Part shown: positions 48,666 to 61,056 of the stretch, in pieces
Numbering within the stretch: the stretch's first letter is position 1
Layout: each line of letters begins with the position of its first letter
Assembly (NCBI GenBank): GCA_963924565.1
Contig: OZ004613.1
Coordinates: forward strand, 9,610,001 to 9,674,000
DNA length: 64,000 bases
Reading direction: 5' to 3'
DNA from: Ascidiella aspersa
Lineage: Eukaryota
The notes under the pieces: generated by a model
What the model saw: only the letters and a program-made list of their open reading frames with translations
Databases searched by the model: none
Told to the model about the DNA's origin: nothing
Program-made: the position numbers and the translations under genes

Positions 48666-48912
48666 GAAGAACAGTGTTGTGGCTTTAATTTGAGCACGTT
48701 TCATTCGCATCCAGTGAATTTTAAAGTATAAAAACCCGGGAAAGTTTGGAATCACGCATTTGATTAAAAGTTATTTTTTTACAAACGCCCGATTCTGTGT
48801 TTTTTCGGGTTTTACTTGGTTGTTTAAAATGATATATTTTGCACGGATGGCATAAAAATAATCAGTTCTATTAAGAAACTGTTTTTTGGGTGTTTTGACG
48901 TTTGTAAACGTT
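48666..48912 (-). mobile_element. Dispersed repeat with degenerate hammerhead core (copy 1)
   Basis: About 250 bp direct homology to 51308-51554. Minus strand tttcttaatag-aa-CTGATTA...tgccatccgtgc-AAAA-TATAT. Confidence 0.65.
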
Positions 48913-50662
48913 GGTTTAGGGAAAGTTATAAGGTAAATACAATATTAATATAATTTTTTTTTGGATGAATGGTGTACATCCAAGTTTCGCATCCTTCTTG
49001 TCTGCATACAAAAGTTCCGCGCCACTATACTGAGAATCTCCCGAGGCACAATGTATATCATTGTACATTACCACTTACAGTAAAATCACGTACGCTTCGT
49101 GGCTATGTAGCACATTATTGGTGGAGTGGGGTCGTGTGTTCATAAATTATGTCAAGGGGTGCGGCACTTTACTGACCCTTTAGTTATTTCCAGCCTACGT
49201 TTGGGCCAATGGGAAGAAAACTGCCACTACACAGTTACCTTACATTACTTTTGTAATGTTTTACATTACTTTTGTAAATTACTTTTCACTTTCTCATATT
49301 TGTTCAAAAAAACAAAGAAAAAGGGTGTAACATTTCCTATAACGAGCGTCAAAAGCCACCTCTTTCTTGCTTTTGATTTTTTACTGTGGTACACAGTTTA
49401 AGAACCACGCTCTGAAAGGTCGTCTCAAAACAAGCCCGTTTTGTATAAAAATAAACTCCGCTTGCGTCACGCAGTTTCACTCTCTCACCAATTTGTCTTA
49501 ACTTTATAGCGTTGCGGTAAATACAAAATCCCAAGGTGCTGCGATTCTAGCCTAAACGACGCTCGTTATGCGCGGCCTATTGGAAAGTTGAGAACCTCCA
49601 CGAAATACCCTAAGCGGTGCATTACAGAACCTCGTGTGTTGAAAAGACGGTTTAGACCAGGGATTCTCAAAAGTGTTGTGCCGCGCCCCTTGACATCATT
49701 TATGAACACGCGACCCCACTCCACCGATAATGTGCTACATATAGCCATGAAGCGTATGTGCTTATACTGTTACTTGTAATATAGAATGTTCTACATTATA
49801 CAACCAGGGTTATCTGATTAATATAAACGGCGCACAAATTGTACAATGTGGGTTTTTAAAAGTAAAATACAGCGAATCTTCGCGCCTCCCTTGCTGCTCC
49901 CTGTTTAGAAACCCCTGATCAAGTCGTTCGAAAGAATCTCAGTGGTGCCGCTGAAGTTTTCTAATTTGCAAAACAATCTATTCTTCAGTAGAAAAGGAGT
50001 GGCCCGAATAAATGATAAAAGATTCATTTTTATTTTACCGCACTGAAAATGTAATAAGCACTTGCCGAAACGTATGCAAACAAAATATCTTTTATCATTT
50101 ATTTGGCCACTCTTTTTCTACTGAAGATTATGAACAGATCCGCGTTTAGTGTTCCTAAATCTATTCCTATTTTAAATATGGATGTATGAAGGCATGCGAG
50201 TCCGAAGTGCACACTATTTATAAAGTTTTTGATAATATTGTGGTATTTATCTAACCTCTTGCTTTGTCGTAAACTATATAAAGTTGTTATATTCATGGAA
50301 GGATGCATACACATACGACGTGTGCAACAACTGTGATCTTGCCCTTTCGAAGTTGTTGTTTCATCAACGATAACGGCTTATTTATAGTACACTGTAAGTC
50401 TTCAACAGACCAACCGAATCAGTCGATCGATTAAGGATATTCACACTACAGCCGTTGTATTATGATAAAAGTGATTTCATTTACTTTCTGTAAGTTAGTC
50501 GCATCCTGAAAAAGTTCAAGTACCGCTGGTTTGGACTTTAAGGAACAAGGGGCCCTTCTGCCTTAGCCAAAACGGCAGCTGACACTCTACTGTACTGTGG
50601 TATAGGCGCTTTGGGAGGACATAATGACCGGCAATTACAGCGACAATGCCTTTCGATTGCAG

Positions 50663-50760
50663 GGTACATGTCGACTATCATCCGAAGCCACACGAAAAGC
50701 GCCTGTGAGGGTCAGATCCTTTACATCACGTGCCCAGTCGGATCCACCATCGCCGTACAG
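50663..50760 (+). CDS. EVA1C: EVA1C-like coding exon 2
   Basis: ttgcag| ... cag|gttggt. Translates (G)YMSTIIRSHTKSACEGQILYITCPVGSTIAVQ, the start of a SUEL lectin domain resembling vertebrate EVA1C GYL..LL..HT..ACDG..L.L.CP..STISVQ. Confidence 0.88.
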
Positions 50761-51307
50761 GTTGGTGGCTTTAGCTGTATGTGTGTGTGTACTACTCTTC
50801 AGGACACAAAGCTGCGTAAATATCCAGCATCATCAAACAACTTTGTACAGATGATCTAAGACAGTTAAAAAAAAATAAAAATAAAAAGTTAAAAATAATG
50901 TATCGTCAGTTTCTTATTTAAATGCTTTTATAAGCAGTCTTGGATCACCTGATACGAAAACAAGAACTTTTCTTTTACATTTTATTGTCTGCGGGAGATT
51001 CCTTACTTCCTAAAGTATTTCAACTTTTGTATAGTAATTTTTTTTCTTGCGCACTTAAGCATTGTGAATGATTTGTACTATTTATTTTGGAAAAAATGGT
51101 TACCAAGAAGTTTGTGATTCATTTAGGTTCCTGCTAACTCAGCCTAAATGTTCATGCTTACTAACACGAACATTTTCTCATTTTGCAAATTGATAGAGGA
51201 AATACTGTGTGTAAAGTGCTGAAGTATATGCAGCACTATGGGTCCGTTCTATTTATAAGTGGGCTGTTGTTTCTAAATGCTGTACGTCAGTCATTAACCT
51301 TTGAGAC

Positions 51308-51554
51308 GAAGAATATTGTTACGACTTTAATTGGAGCACGTTTTGTTCGCATCCAGTGAAAATTTCAAAGTATGAAAACCCGAGAAAATTCTAAATCACA
51401 CATTTGTTTAAATGTTTGTTTTACAAACGCCTTATCCTGTGTTTTATCGGCTTTCTAGTTGGTTGTTTAAAATAATATATTTCGCAAGGATGGCATTATC
51501 AGCTGTTTCTATAAAAAAAAACTTTTATTGTGTGTTTTGAAGTTTGCAAACGTT
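51308..51554 (-). mobile_element. Dispersed repeat with degenerate hammerhead core (copy 2)
   Basis: Minus strand tttttttttatag-aaacag-CTGATAA-t-gccatccttgc-GAAA-TATA-tt; homologous to 48666-48912. Confidence 0.65.
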
Positions 51555-54500
51555 ACTCCCATGACCTTGAGACTAAAAAACTGATACTTATATACTTTTC
51601 AGTCAGGACTTGAAACTTTTCGAGTCGGACTTGAAATTTATGTTATGATTTGGCGGCAGCTGTCACATGGGCAGAAAAGTAGAAAAAGCCAGCGCCATCG
51701 TCGGCTCTAAGCCAATCTCCCGGTTATTAGAAGGCGGATTATTTTCCATTTACCGACGATCGATCTTGCCGAGCTTGACGTTTTCACGAGGCAATTTCTT
51801 TTCTCGGCGCGCCGCTATCACGACGCAATTTTTATCGCTCTGCTAATTTCCAGCGCTAATTTCGCTGCCTTATTGCTCTCGAGCTATACGAGTTGGTATT
51901 TGCACTTAAGTCAACTGTTTTTTTAATGGTATGCCTTAACCCAAGTCTATGTTTGGCATATGCTTTCGGAGTTTTTGCTTAGTAATTCCAACAACTTTAA
52001 AAAAATTTTTTTTTTAATTTTTCGATGTGAATGACTTGGCTTAAGAAAGCATTGACTTAAAATGAGAATTCGCCCTCCCTATATTTAAATCGACTTGACT
52101 TGTACTCAAGTTATTTTTCAAACGACCTGAATTGGATTTAAGTCGCCTTAAAGCTACTTATTTATAACACTGCTATCATTCAACCTTTTGTATTACAAGA
52201 TTTTGATGAAATTGTTGTCCGGGACACGCGTAAGCTATGAAGTAAGCCGTTCGCGTAAAAAAATACCTTTTGACTAAAATTTGACCGGCGAACATTTCCA
52301 ACCTAGACTTATTTTGTGCGTCCCCTATACTCTGTCGGTTCCGGGCGGTGTCTCGAATTCCTTCCTTGTCAAGTTAAATGGGCGATGTCGGCTTCAATTT
52401 CGACCAACCGCAAAGTGGCCCATCCTTTTTGCTGTACATATTTGTACACTGTCAAGTCCAGGTTGAAGTGGGCGATTTTTTGGCTCGAAGTTAAACGTGA
52501 TAAATTAGCTTAACGCTAATGGAGTTTTGCATCGCTGTGTTCTTGGTTAAAAAAAGTCAAACGTCTGCTTAATCCTGTTTTGTCGGTGACCTGCCCGACC
52601 CTCTGTACTTGGAGGGTGTTGCTAAAGTTTTTTTAATTGACACTGTCTTGCCAATTACGGTATGCTTTCTAACTCCCAAGAAATGGCGGCTTTAACAAAG
52701 TTCGATTGTTTGAACTGGATAAGGTAACCGTTTTTGTGGTGCTTTCGGTTTTAAGGACGGCGTATAAGGTGTAATTACACAAAAAGTAAGAGGTATAAAA
52801 CGGCATAAAGTTCAGACTTTTGGAAGCATTAAACGTATTTTATTTAATGATTTCCTTTTTTTATTTTATCATTTCCAAATGGATAAAACTATTCACTATC
52901 ATTTTTGTTCAGAAAACCAAAAAAATATCGACTTTTCGTTAGTACGTTTTTTAAATGAGTAATTGTTGTTTCTAAATTGCAACGGAATATTGGTATCAAC
53001 ACACGGCGTACTGAAAAAACACGGTTTTCCCCAGTGCAATCACGTGCAAACCCGTTCTGGATATCGCTTTTTCGCCGAACCTCTTACACCATATTGTTCT
53101 TCGAAAGCACGCAAAAAAACAGGGGTCGGTTTCCCCGCGTCAATCATATCCCTTTTACGTCACTCGATCTCACGCAAGCCCCCCTGGGCCCTTACCCTGG
53201 GATAATGGGGCCCGGTGACCCATACGGTCTGTCGCCTACGGGTTATGGCAAGCGCAAAACGTTTTGCAGCCGCGGACCATCGATTGACTTCCCCGCTTTG
53301 GCAGTGTTGCGCATCATAACACGCGTTCTCACGTTTCATGTACTTGCGTGCTTGCTTCATTGGCGCCTTTTCCGTATTACTTATGTGTCCCCATGCATGT
53401 AGAATTGTACTTGGGTGGATTGGGTGTCGGTGTATTGACTGCCGCGTCGTCCCATGTCCATTTATACTCCTAGAAAAAAATGAAACAAAAAAATAACAGA
53501 GCGTTAGGTTAATTTATCTCCATCGATATCTGTCTTGAGATGCAGCCGAATTTCGTGATCCTGGGTCTGACCATGCAGCGTAAGTTTGAATGCGGTTTTA
53601 TAACTGGTTTCGAACAACAATTTTGCATTTCAAAGCCCACACTGACGTATGCGTGGCATATTGTGAACGTGTCAGGTATTTCTTTTTGACTCAGTAAACA
53701 AATGACGAATTTTTTACAGATGTTGAAAAGGAATAAAGAATTATTAGGAACGTTTAAATTATGTTACCTAGTTCTGTACGGGCTTTGATATTAATTTTAT
53801 ACCTCTAACTATACGATTTCCGGGCTTGACGCTTCTAACTTAATAATATTGTGAATGAACTTTGTATTTAAAGGCCATTTTGATTCTGTTTCTTTGTCGT
53901 TACTGGACAAGCGGTTTTGTCACTTACATAGTTTTTCGTGTAAAAAAAGTGAAGAAAAACAGATATTGCCCATGTAGCTCATAAGATACCAGCCTTCAAT
54001 CATCGTCTGTTTTGCTGTTTTCCTAAAAGCGCATGACGCACTGTCAATATTTGTTTTGAGATTCTCCTACACACATCTCGGAAAACTCCACGCTGAAAAA
54101 ACTCGCGTCATCCCACTCCAAATGCATTACCGATGTAAAACGCGCTGTTTCGAAATTCAAAACTCGCCCAAGTTCGATTAGGCCCGGTTCTGATTTGACT
54201 CGATTTCGAGCGATCGGAACTCACGGGCGAGCATCAATTATTCACAAGTCGCCGTTAAAACTCGATACCTGCCATAAATCGATTGAAAGTCGAGACCTAA
54301 CGGCTTTTGTTTTTCGAGGTCGCCTGCCAATGGCAATAACGCGGCACTTTTCGTTTCAAAACGGCGGCGCCCGTTGATGTTTTCTTGAAATATTAATCGA
54401 GCGATTAGCGGAGGATTTTAATCGTCGGGGGAAAATGGCTACCGGTTTAAATCAATTGCGAAATGGCGCCGCGAGGTTTTAATCCATTTTGGCCGTTTGA

Positions 54501-56423
54501 ACGCACCGTAGGATTTAAAACGACGGTTCTGTTTGAATTCTGTCGCCATGTGGTCAGCGGTGGAACGGAAATTTACAATACGCTCCAGCATTTTAGCTCC
54601 CGCTATTAGTTATAGCATTATGGTCTTTGAACGAAGCTCGTTAATCAAAATGTAGAATGTAGAGCCACGGCGAAGTAAAAGGCTAATGATTTTGTATTTT
54701 CCTTCATTTTTTACAATTTGGTGGTTCACTTGTTGCCTGTATTAATATGTTTATCTTTTCACTTTCTTACATGCGTTTGCTAAAACGCAAACGGGTTAGT
54801 CTGTCACGCGAGATGCCTAAACTGGAATTATGCGATTTTAGCGTTTTATTTCAGTATTGTCGACGATCTTCACCATTCAGCGAGTTATAGGTCAAACTAC
54901 AGGATTGTAATCTCGGGAAACCGAATAATCCAGAACGGTCTAGTGCTGTTTTCGTTATCCTGCTAAGGCTGCTGCTATATAGCGTTTTTCATTAGAAGCC
55001 ACACTCGAAATTACTCAAAGCGCCCTCAAGTACGTTTTTGTCACCTGCCAAACTGGAAAAGCGACCCACTGTGTGAACGAACTCATTGTTAGCCCGCACT
55101 GCGTAACCCAAGATCCAGGTTAAACCGCAACTTTCAAATACGCCATGTGAAAGAATCACCGCCAATCCGCAAGAAAAACTGGCCTAAGTGTATTCCGACA
55201 AAAAGCGCTGTTTTTCCCAGCAATGCCACCCACAGCCTTGAACGCACCGGACTGAACCGGTTTTAGCTGGGCGAAGTTTGTCTTTCTCAAAGCCAAGTCA
55301 GCCCTAATGGGTATCGTATCATCTTGGGCAAACAAGGTTTTACATCAGAAGCGCCCGTTGGGTTTCAAGTGGTGTTTTAAGTTGCTGGAGTTGAGAAAAC
55401 CGCATTTAAAGATGTAAAAGTTTTCGAATTCGAAACGTGTAACTGCATTAATATACATCTAAAATTAAAACACTACATTGCCCATGTTGTCAACCACTGC
55501 CGCTAAAGAAACATTTTTTTCTGAAATCCGTAATGCAACAAAGACATTACTAACGATTTCCCTAACTGGAGAGAGTCAAATAAATTGTTTTGTTTTGTTT
55601 TACACTAGTTTTCTCAAGTGTAGCGTGAACCTCGGTTAGGATTGTGCTTCTCATTGGTTTTACGTTTTGCATATCGAAAGTCAGTAAATGTACAGTTTAT
55701 GTAGTTGTAACATCACTCATCAGTGTGCAACTTATATAGGCTACTAGTGACCCCAAAATGTTATTGCGCAAAACTCTTGCCATTAGTTATGAACCTTCAA
55801 TCTAAATGATCTTACCTGACAGTTAGAATTACTAATTTTCCCCAAGGCTGGTTGATTTTAATGGGTTTACTACTGACCTTCTAAGAATTCGGAAAGGTAG
55901 CCTATTGTAGGTTCTAGGCAATTGGAACGCAGGTCGACTTTCCTGCTAATAATGTCGGTGTTAAAGGCCTTTTTGAACAGGCGACCCACTTCCCTTCGAC
56001 TTAAGGCCCAAACTATCGAGTTTCATCTTTAATTTTTGCCACTCTCCGGTTACACTTTGTTCCCACCGGCGCGGCGCTTGTTTTCACAAGCGATTCCGTG
56101 TTTTCTTGCCCGCTTTTCTTGCGGGATTATCGCCTCCCGCTTTTCCTACACACCACTGCTGCTGCTGTTTTGTGTAAACGGGCTATCGCGGAAAATTCGT
56201 CTAGCGCGCGTCGATCGTTTCTAAAACGAGTCTCTTGCTAGTTTGTTTGGCGGGGGGTGATTTCTTCACTGTTGTTGCCGCCTGTGAAGCGCCGCATTCA
56301 CAACATTGCGGTGAAAACAAAAGAAAACACGCCACTGCTTCGCAAACTGAAGGAGATCGCTTTTGAACGAAAACTGAAACTATTTCATTGTCTGCGAATC
56401 ATTTATAAGAGTTGTGCACGTTC

Positions 56424-56541
56424 AGCTGTCAATTTTGCCAGGTTGAAATGCACCCGATCTCCTCCGATTTCGGAAGTTAGCAACTTCGGGATTGGTTAGT
56501 ACTTGGATGGGTGACCGCCTAGGAATACCAATTGTCGTAGA
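56424..56541 (+). pseudogene. 5S rRNA pseudogene or 5S-derived sequence
   Basis: gttgaaatgcacccgatctcctccgatttcggaagttagcaacttcgggattggttagtacttggatgggtgaccgcctaggaatacca...gtcgtag follows animal 5S rRNA, with box C intact. It has many substitutions and no T-run terminator. Confidence 0.85.
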
Positions 56542-57560
56542 AAACAAAAGATTGACGATCACAAAACAACAAATATGCCATAAAATACTTCGTACTGTTA
56601 TTACAAACCCTACATGACGCCCTTAGAACCAACAGGTCCAGTAGTTTAAGAATTAGTTTTGCTATTTCAGCCAGGTCGGTTGTCAGTGCCATTGTTCCGT
56701 GAGTTGTTTTTAAAATATATGACTTGGTTTTGCCTCCTTTTGATGAAAGCTGTCTTTCGTGGATCACAAATCTAGTGATGTCTGTTGGTTAAGGAAATGT
56801 ATATATAAACCTGCAGGGAATACACTTCCGATGATGCGCATTCATCATTTATATCTAAGATAATTTATTGTTTCATACCGTTAGATAATATAGGATGTAT
56901 TCTTGATCCAAGGTAACAGAACCTGAAAAAAAAAAACGGTTTCCCTTTGTTTCTGTCTGTTGAACAAACAACAGGGGAAATATTTTCAAAATAACAGACA
57001 GTTTTATAAAACAATGTATGTCATATATAGACGTTTTGAAAGTTGGTGGATATTTTTGTTTTAGATTGGTGTTTAACCGTCATTAGGCGGTGTTTGTGGT
57101 TAATGCTTCTACCCACATAAGCATTGTTTTTTCAGTTGGTGTTTTTACCCTTAGTTGGTTGCTTTTCAGTTTGTGTTCACCCTTGAAAGGTTGTTTGTGT
57201 TGTTACCGTGATAAAGTCTTCAGTGGCGATGTATTCTCGTGATATTTCAACCGACAAGTTTGCAGACGCCAAAGCAGGCTTCCAAATAACAGCTGGTGTT
57301 TTAACTTTCCTTTGCCGGAAAAAGCAACGACCAACATTATGGTTACGCAAAGTCAGCGAGAACCCAGTTTTTCAGCAGCTTGCATTCTGCCAGCGAGGAC
57401 GGACTCCGCGGCGGGACGTCCATTCGACAAAGAACCTTCATCCCTTTAGCAGGCAATCCATCACGAGAAAATCACGACCGACGACCGATTCGTCTATATA
57501 GCGGACTCAGCAGGGCGCTCGGCCCGCCAAATTAAACAACAGAGGACGAGGCGTTGTTTT

Positions 57561-57996
57561 GCACAAAGTGCGCAAAAATTTGACTATTTCACAAATCTGC
57601 GCACATTTTAAAATGCTTTTAAAAATGTGTCCACTTTTTTCAGAATGTGCGAACATTCTAAAATGGCTTTAGAAAAGTGCGCACTTTTTTCAGAATGTGC
57701 GCACATTTTAGTGGCCACATATTTAAGTTAGAGTTGTGCCCGCATTACCTATCTCAAAATGTGCGCACATTTCATTCTCATCCCCTTTTTAAATGAAGGG
57801 CGGCTATACCGCGCCAAGCTGCATTAGATGCCCAGTGTTTCCTTGTCAGAATTTATGTTTGTCAGAATTGTGTCAGAATCCCAAATTTTGCGCACTTTTG
57901 GGCACACATTGTGAAAAAATATTCTCATCCCCTTCTCAAATAAAGGTCAGCTATACCGCGAAAAGCTGCATTAGATGCCCTGTGTTTTCTTGTCAG
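57561..57996. repeat. TGTGCGCACA-rich inverted-repeat element with a 76-bp direct duplication
   Basis: Ends aaagtgcgcaaaaatttg / caaattttgcgcactttt with repeated aatgtgcgcacatt units; 57774-57849 is duplicated at 57921-57996. Confidence 0.7.
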
Positions 57997-58650
57997 GCGT
58001 CCGCTCTTTTGCTGGAAACGCGTATCGACTTTCGCGCCCGCCCTTCTCTCTTCAGCGAGCGTTACACGAAACGGCGAGCGACAATCTTCGAAGCCCTCGG
58101 CCATCCCTTTTGTAAATTGCCCTCGAAGGCAGCCGAAGCGAAACGGACGTCGGTGTCGCGCTGCAAAACAATTGCGGATCCGTTTCGATTGCTGTTTTTT
58201 TTTCTAGACAGCGACCGTGCTGTGTTGGCACGATTTCAGGGGGCCATTAGTATGTGACGTTTTTTCTCTTTTTTGAGTAAATTTGTACCCACTGGTTGTT
58301 TTTTAACGTCAAAATGGGAAACAACAACGTATCCAAACATTTTTTATCGTATAAACTTTATTAGTTTTAAGGCCTAAAATGCTTCTTAACCAGCGCTGGT
58401 GCGCCCCTGTTTGTCTAAAGATATATGGTTGGTAAAAAAATATTCTAAGAAAGGCGAAACAGAACTCACAGGCGACCCTAGCAATGGACTTAAGGGCTAT
58501 TTGTTGTCTTATATCGCTTTTCAGTCGGTCCAACCACGCGGCCACACTGCCAGCCTAAAATAACACGAGCTATTTGCCCCAAGCCGCCACGCCAGACGCC
58601 TAACCGACATTTCATCAAGATCTTCTGTTGTACATGTAATGTGCCATTGT

Positions 58651-59181
58651 CAGTGTTGCAAACGAGTCATTTAAAAATGACTCAAGTCCCAGTCAAGTCA
58701 TTGCTAAAATACTTTAAGGCAAAGTCAAGTATTTTTAATAAATAACAACCAAGCCCCGGTCCAAGGAATCAGTTGCCCAGTCCCGGTCAAGTCATAATTT
58801 GAGCAATTCAACTTCAAGTCACGTCCTGGTCATAAAAAAGAAACGTTAAACTATTGGAATTGTTAAACTCGTACGATTATGAGCAATAAGTAAATTAAAC
58901 ACAAACAAACGAAAAACGCAACTAGTATTTTTTTTAGCAAGCAACATGTTTTACGTGCCAAAATTATGATAAATAGCAGATTTTTATAAAAAAAAAAAAA
59001 AAAATGCTTAACGAAAACACTTCATTTCAACACAAGTCATTTGTCCAAAAGACTTCTAGGTCAATTCAAGTCATTTGTCGGAAAGACCTAAGTCAAGTCA
59101 TTTTGCCCAAAAAAGTTCAGTCAAGTTAAGTCATTTGAAAACATTGACTTATGCGTTTTGACTTAAGTCATTACAACACTG
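58651..59181. mobile_element. MITE of the AAGTC/GACTT subrepeat family
   Basis: TIR cagtgttgca / tacaacactg; colinear with 10474-10953. Confidence 0.85.
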
Positions 59182-60731
59182 GCCGTAGAGTTACACAGAA
59201 CCACGTCTTTCTTGGTTAAACTGCCGCAAAACCAGCAAATGGTGATGGAGAACGCCGCAATTTGTTCACTGATAAATCTAATGGCCCTTCTGTTGTGTAT
59301 GCGGAATCTCTCTTGGGACAACAAGTCGTTTTATACCTTGGTTATGTACAATGCTATTTAATGGGAACGGTCGACCGCTTGTAATAACGCGGTTTCAGCG
59401 CGTGTATGAGAAATTTCGAGGTCGCAAAAACAACGATTGCTGGTTGTTGGAATAGCACAGCTTTTAAAGATTAAACCAAATTCGCCTTGCAAAAATTTAA
59501 ACATATAAAGTGTGAAATAACTGCTTTATAATTTAATAGGTAATCGGGAGTAGGTATCAACACATTGAAAATGAATAAAGATACGAAACGTTCAAAAATG
59601 ATACCTAACCGATCCTTTCTGTGTAAGTCGAGCACTATCCATAACGCCATTAGTCTTTGCTGGTAAAACGGGTAGCAGTTAAAGCTCATTGCGTTTTACT
59701 TCTGCCAGAGAGGTGAGCGGAACCCGATATATTAAAACGAGTGGAGCAAAAAAACCCAAAAAACTGACCAAGTTGCGAAAAAAAACGGGCTCAAAGACCT
59801 GGCCAAAAAACAGAATTACGCCACGATCTGTAAAACTGTAAACAGTCACGAACTCGTTCGCCGCCAGAACCACGGGCTCCGGAGTTTTCTCACGCTCGAA
59901 AAGAACGACGTGGAATCAGTCAACTCCATTTCCGCAGTTCTAGCCCGATCAAGACTGGCAGCTGTGTAAGCTCGTCGCTCCCGCGGTCCAGCGCTGATAT
60001 CGCACTTGTCGCTACAAAGGGCGAGTTTAGTAGTAAAGGGGGTGAGGGCCTGTTGGGGCTGAGTGACACGCTTTGGCTTTGCCCCTATTTTCGCCTCTGT
60101 AATCGTTGCCCCCGCGCAGATGTGACGTTGTTCGTCGCGCACGATTATTTATCTTAACCGCGATTTCCCAAAAGGGCGACCTGTTGATGTTGTTCGAATT
60201 TCTCGGCCGCGCGACCAAAATAGAAATCACGCAATCGGCCGTGCGACTTTCGCGTCGATTTTTTTGTGAAACCTCGTGCAAAATAGCGCTCCTCGAGGCT
60301 TTTCTGGTTGCCGCGTGTGGCGTTTAGTCCTTATTTCAATAAAAGCGTAAGCTGCGTGCCGCGGAGCTTTAGCGAAAAGGCCTTGTACAGATAATAGTAG
60401 ACTTTTCCAATGGGACTATACCTTGGTATATGTTTGTACTATACGTTTTAAGTCAGCAGTACTTAAAGCTGTTAGTCTGTCTTTTGCGATGGCGTCATCT
60501 GTATGTGAGTTGGTAATAAGCCAATAATTAAAAATGTCAGTGTCGTTCAAGAAATCTTTGCCCATAAAGGTTTTTAAAAGACGTAAAAGGGCAAATGCGC
60601 CACCTTGTATTTGAAAACAATTAGGATTAGCCTGCCATCAATAAAAAAAATACATTTCAAAGAGGTTATTGTTGTGTTGAGCAAAGTTTAAGATTACATT
60701 GTCATATTCGTGCACAAAACATATACTTCTG

Positions 60732-60837
60732 AAAATATGTTCTTCTGGTATATATTTGTTCGTCCAACGTTTCGGCTAACTCTCCAGAAAGCCTTCAAAC
60801 GTTGGACAAACAAATATATACCAGAATAACTTATTTT
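60732..60837. repeat. 41-bp-arm inverted repeat enclosing a hammerhead remnant (Penelope-type inverted end)
   Basis: Arms 60732-60772 and 60797-60837 match at 38/41. On the minus strand the loop reads TGAA-ggct...agcc-GAAACGTT. Confidence 0.75.
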
Positions 60838-60930
60838 TAGTATACGATGCCTGGTTGCAACAGCATATTTATTGCACACATAAACTCGAATCGCAAGAAT
60901 TTGCACAAATATCCCCCTTTTTTATTGTAG

Positions 60931-61056
60931 AGCGCTATGTACGGACGCAAGGTTCCCAGCAAGCGAATGTGTCCCGCTTTCTCCTCGATCCTCGACACTC
61001 CAGCGCCCTTGCGTGGCAAGGAGAACACCGACTGCGAGGCGATGACGTCATACGTG
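60931..61056 (+). CDS. EVA1C: EVA1C-like coding exon 3; gene continues beyond the window
   Basis: ttttttattgtag| ... gtg|gtaagt, phase 0. Translates SAMYGRKVPSKRMCPAFSSILDTPAPLRGKENTDCEAMTSYV, with the SUEL SAxYGR...C...C motif. Confidence 0.88.

Noticed and set aside
50043-50074. Additional hammerhead-like remnants here and at about 15707-15740 and 39800-39835
   Set aside because: GAAACGT is present but the CTGANGA box or stem II is broken; cannot be distinguished from chance by eye.
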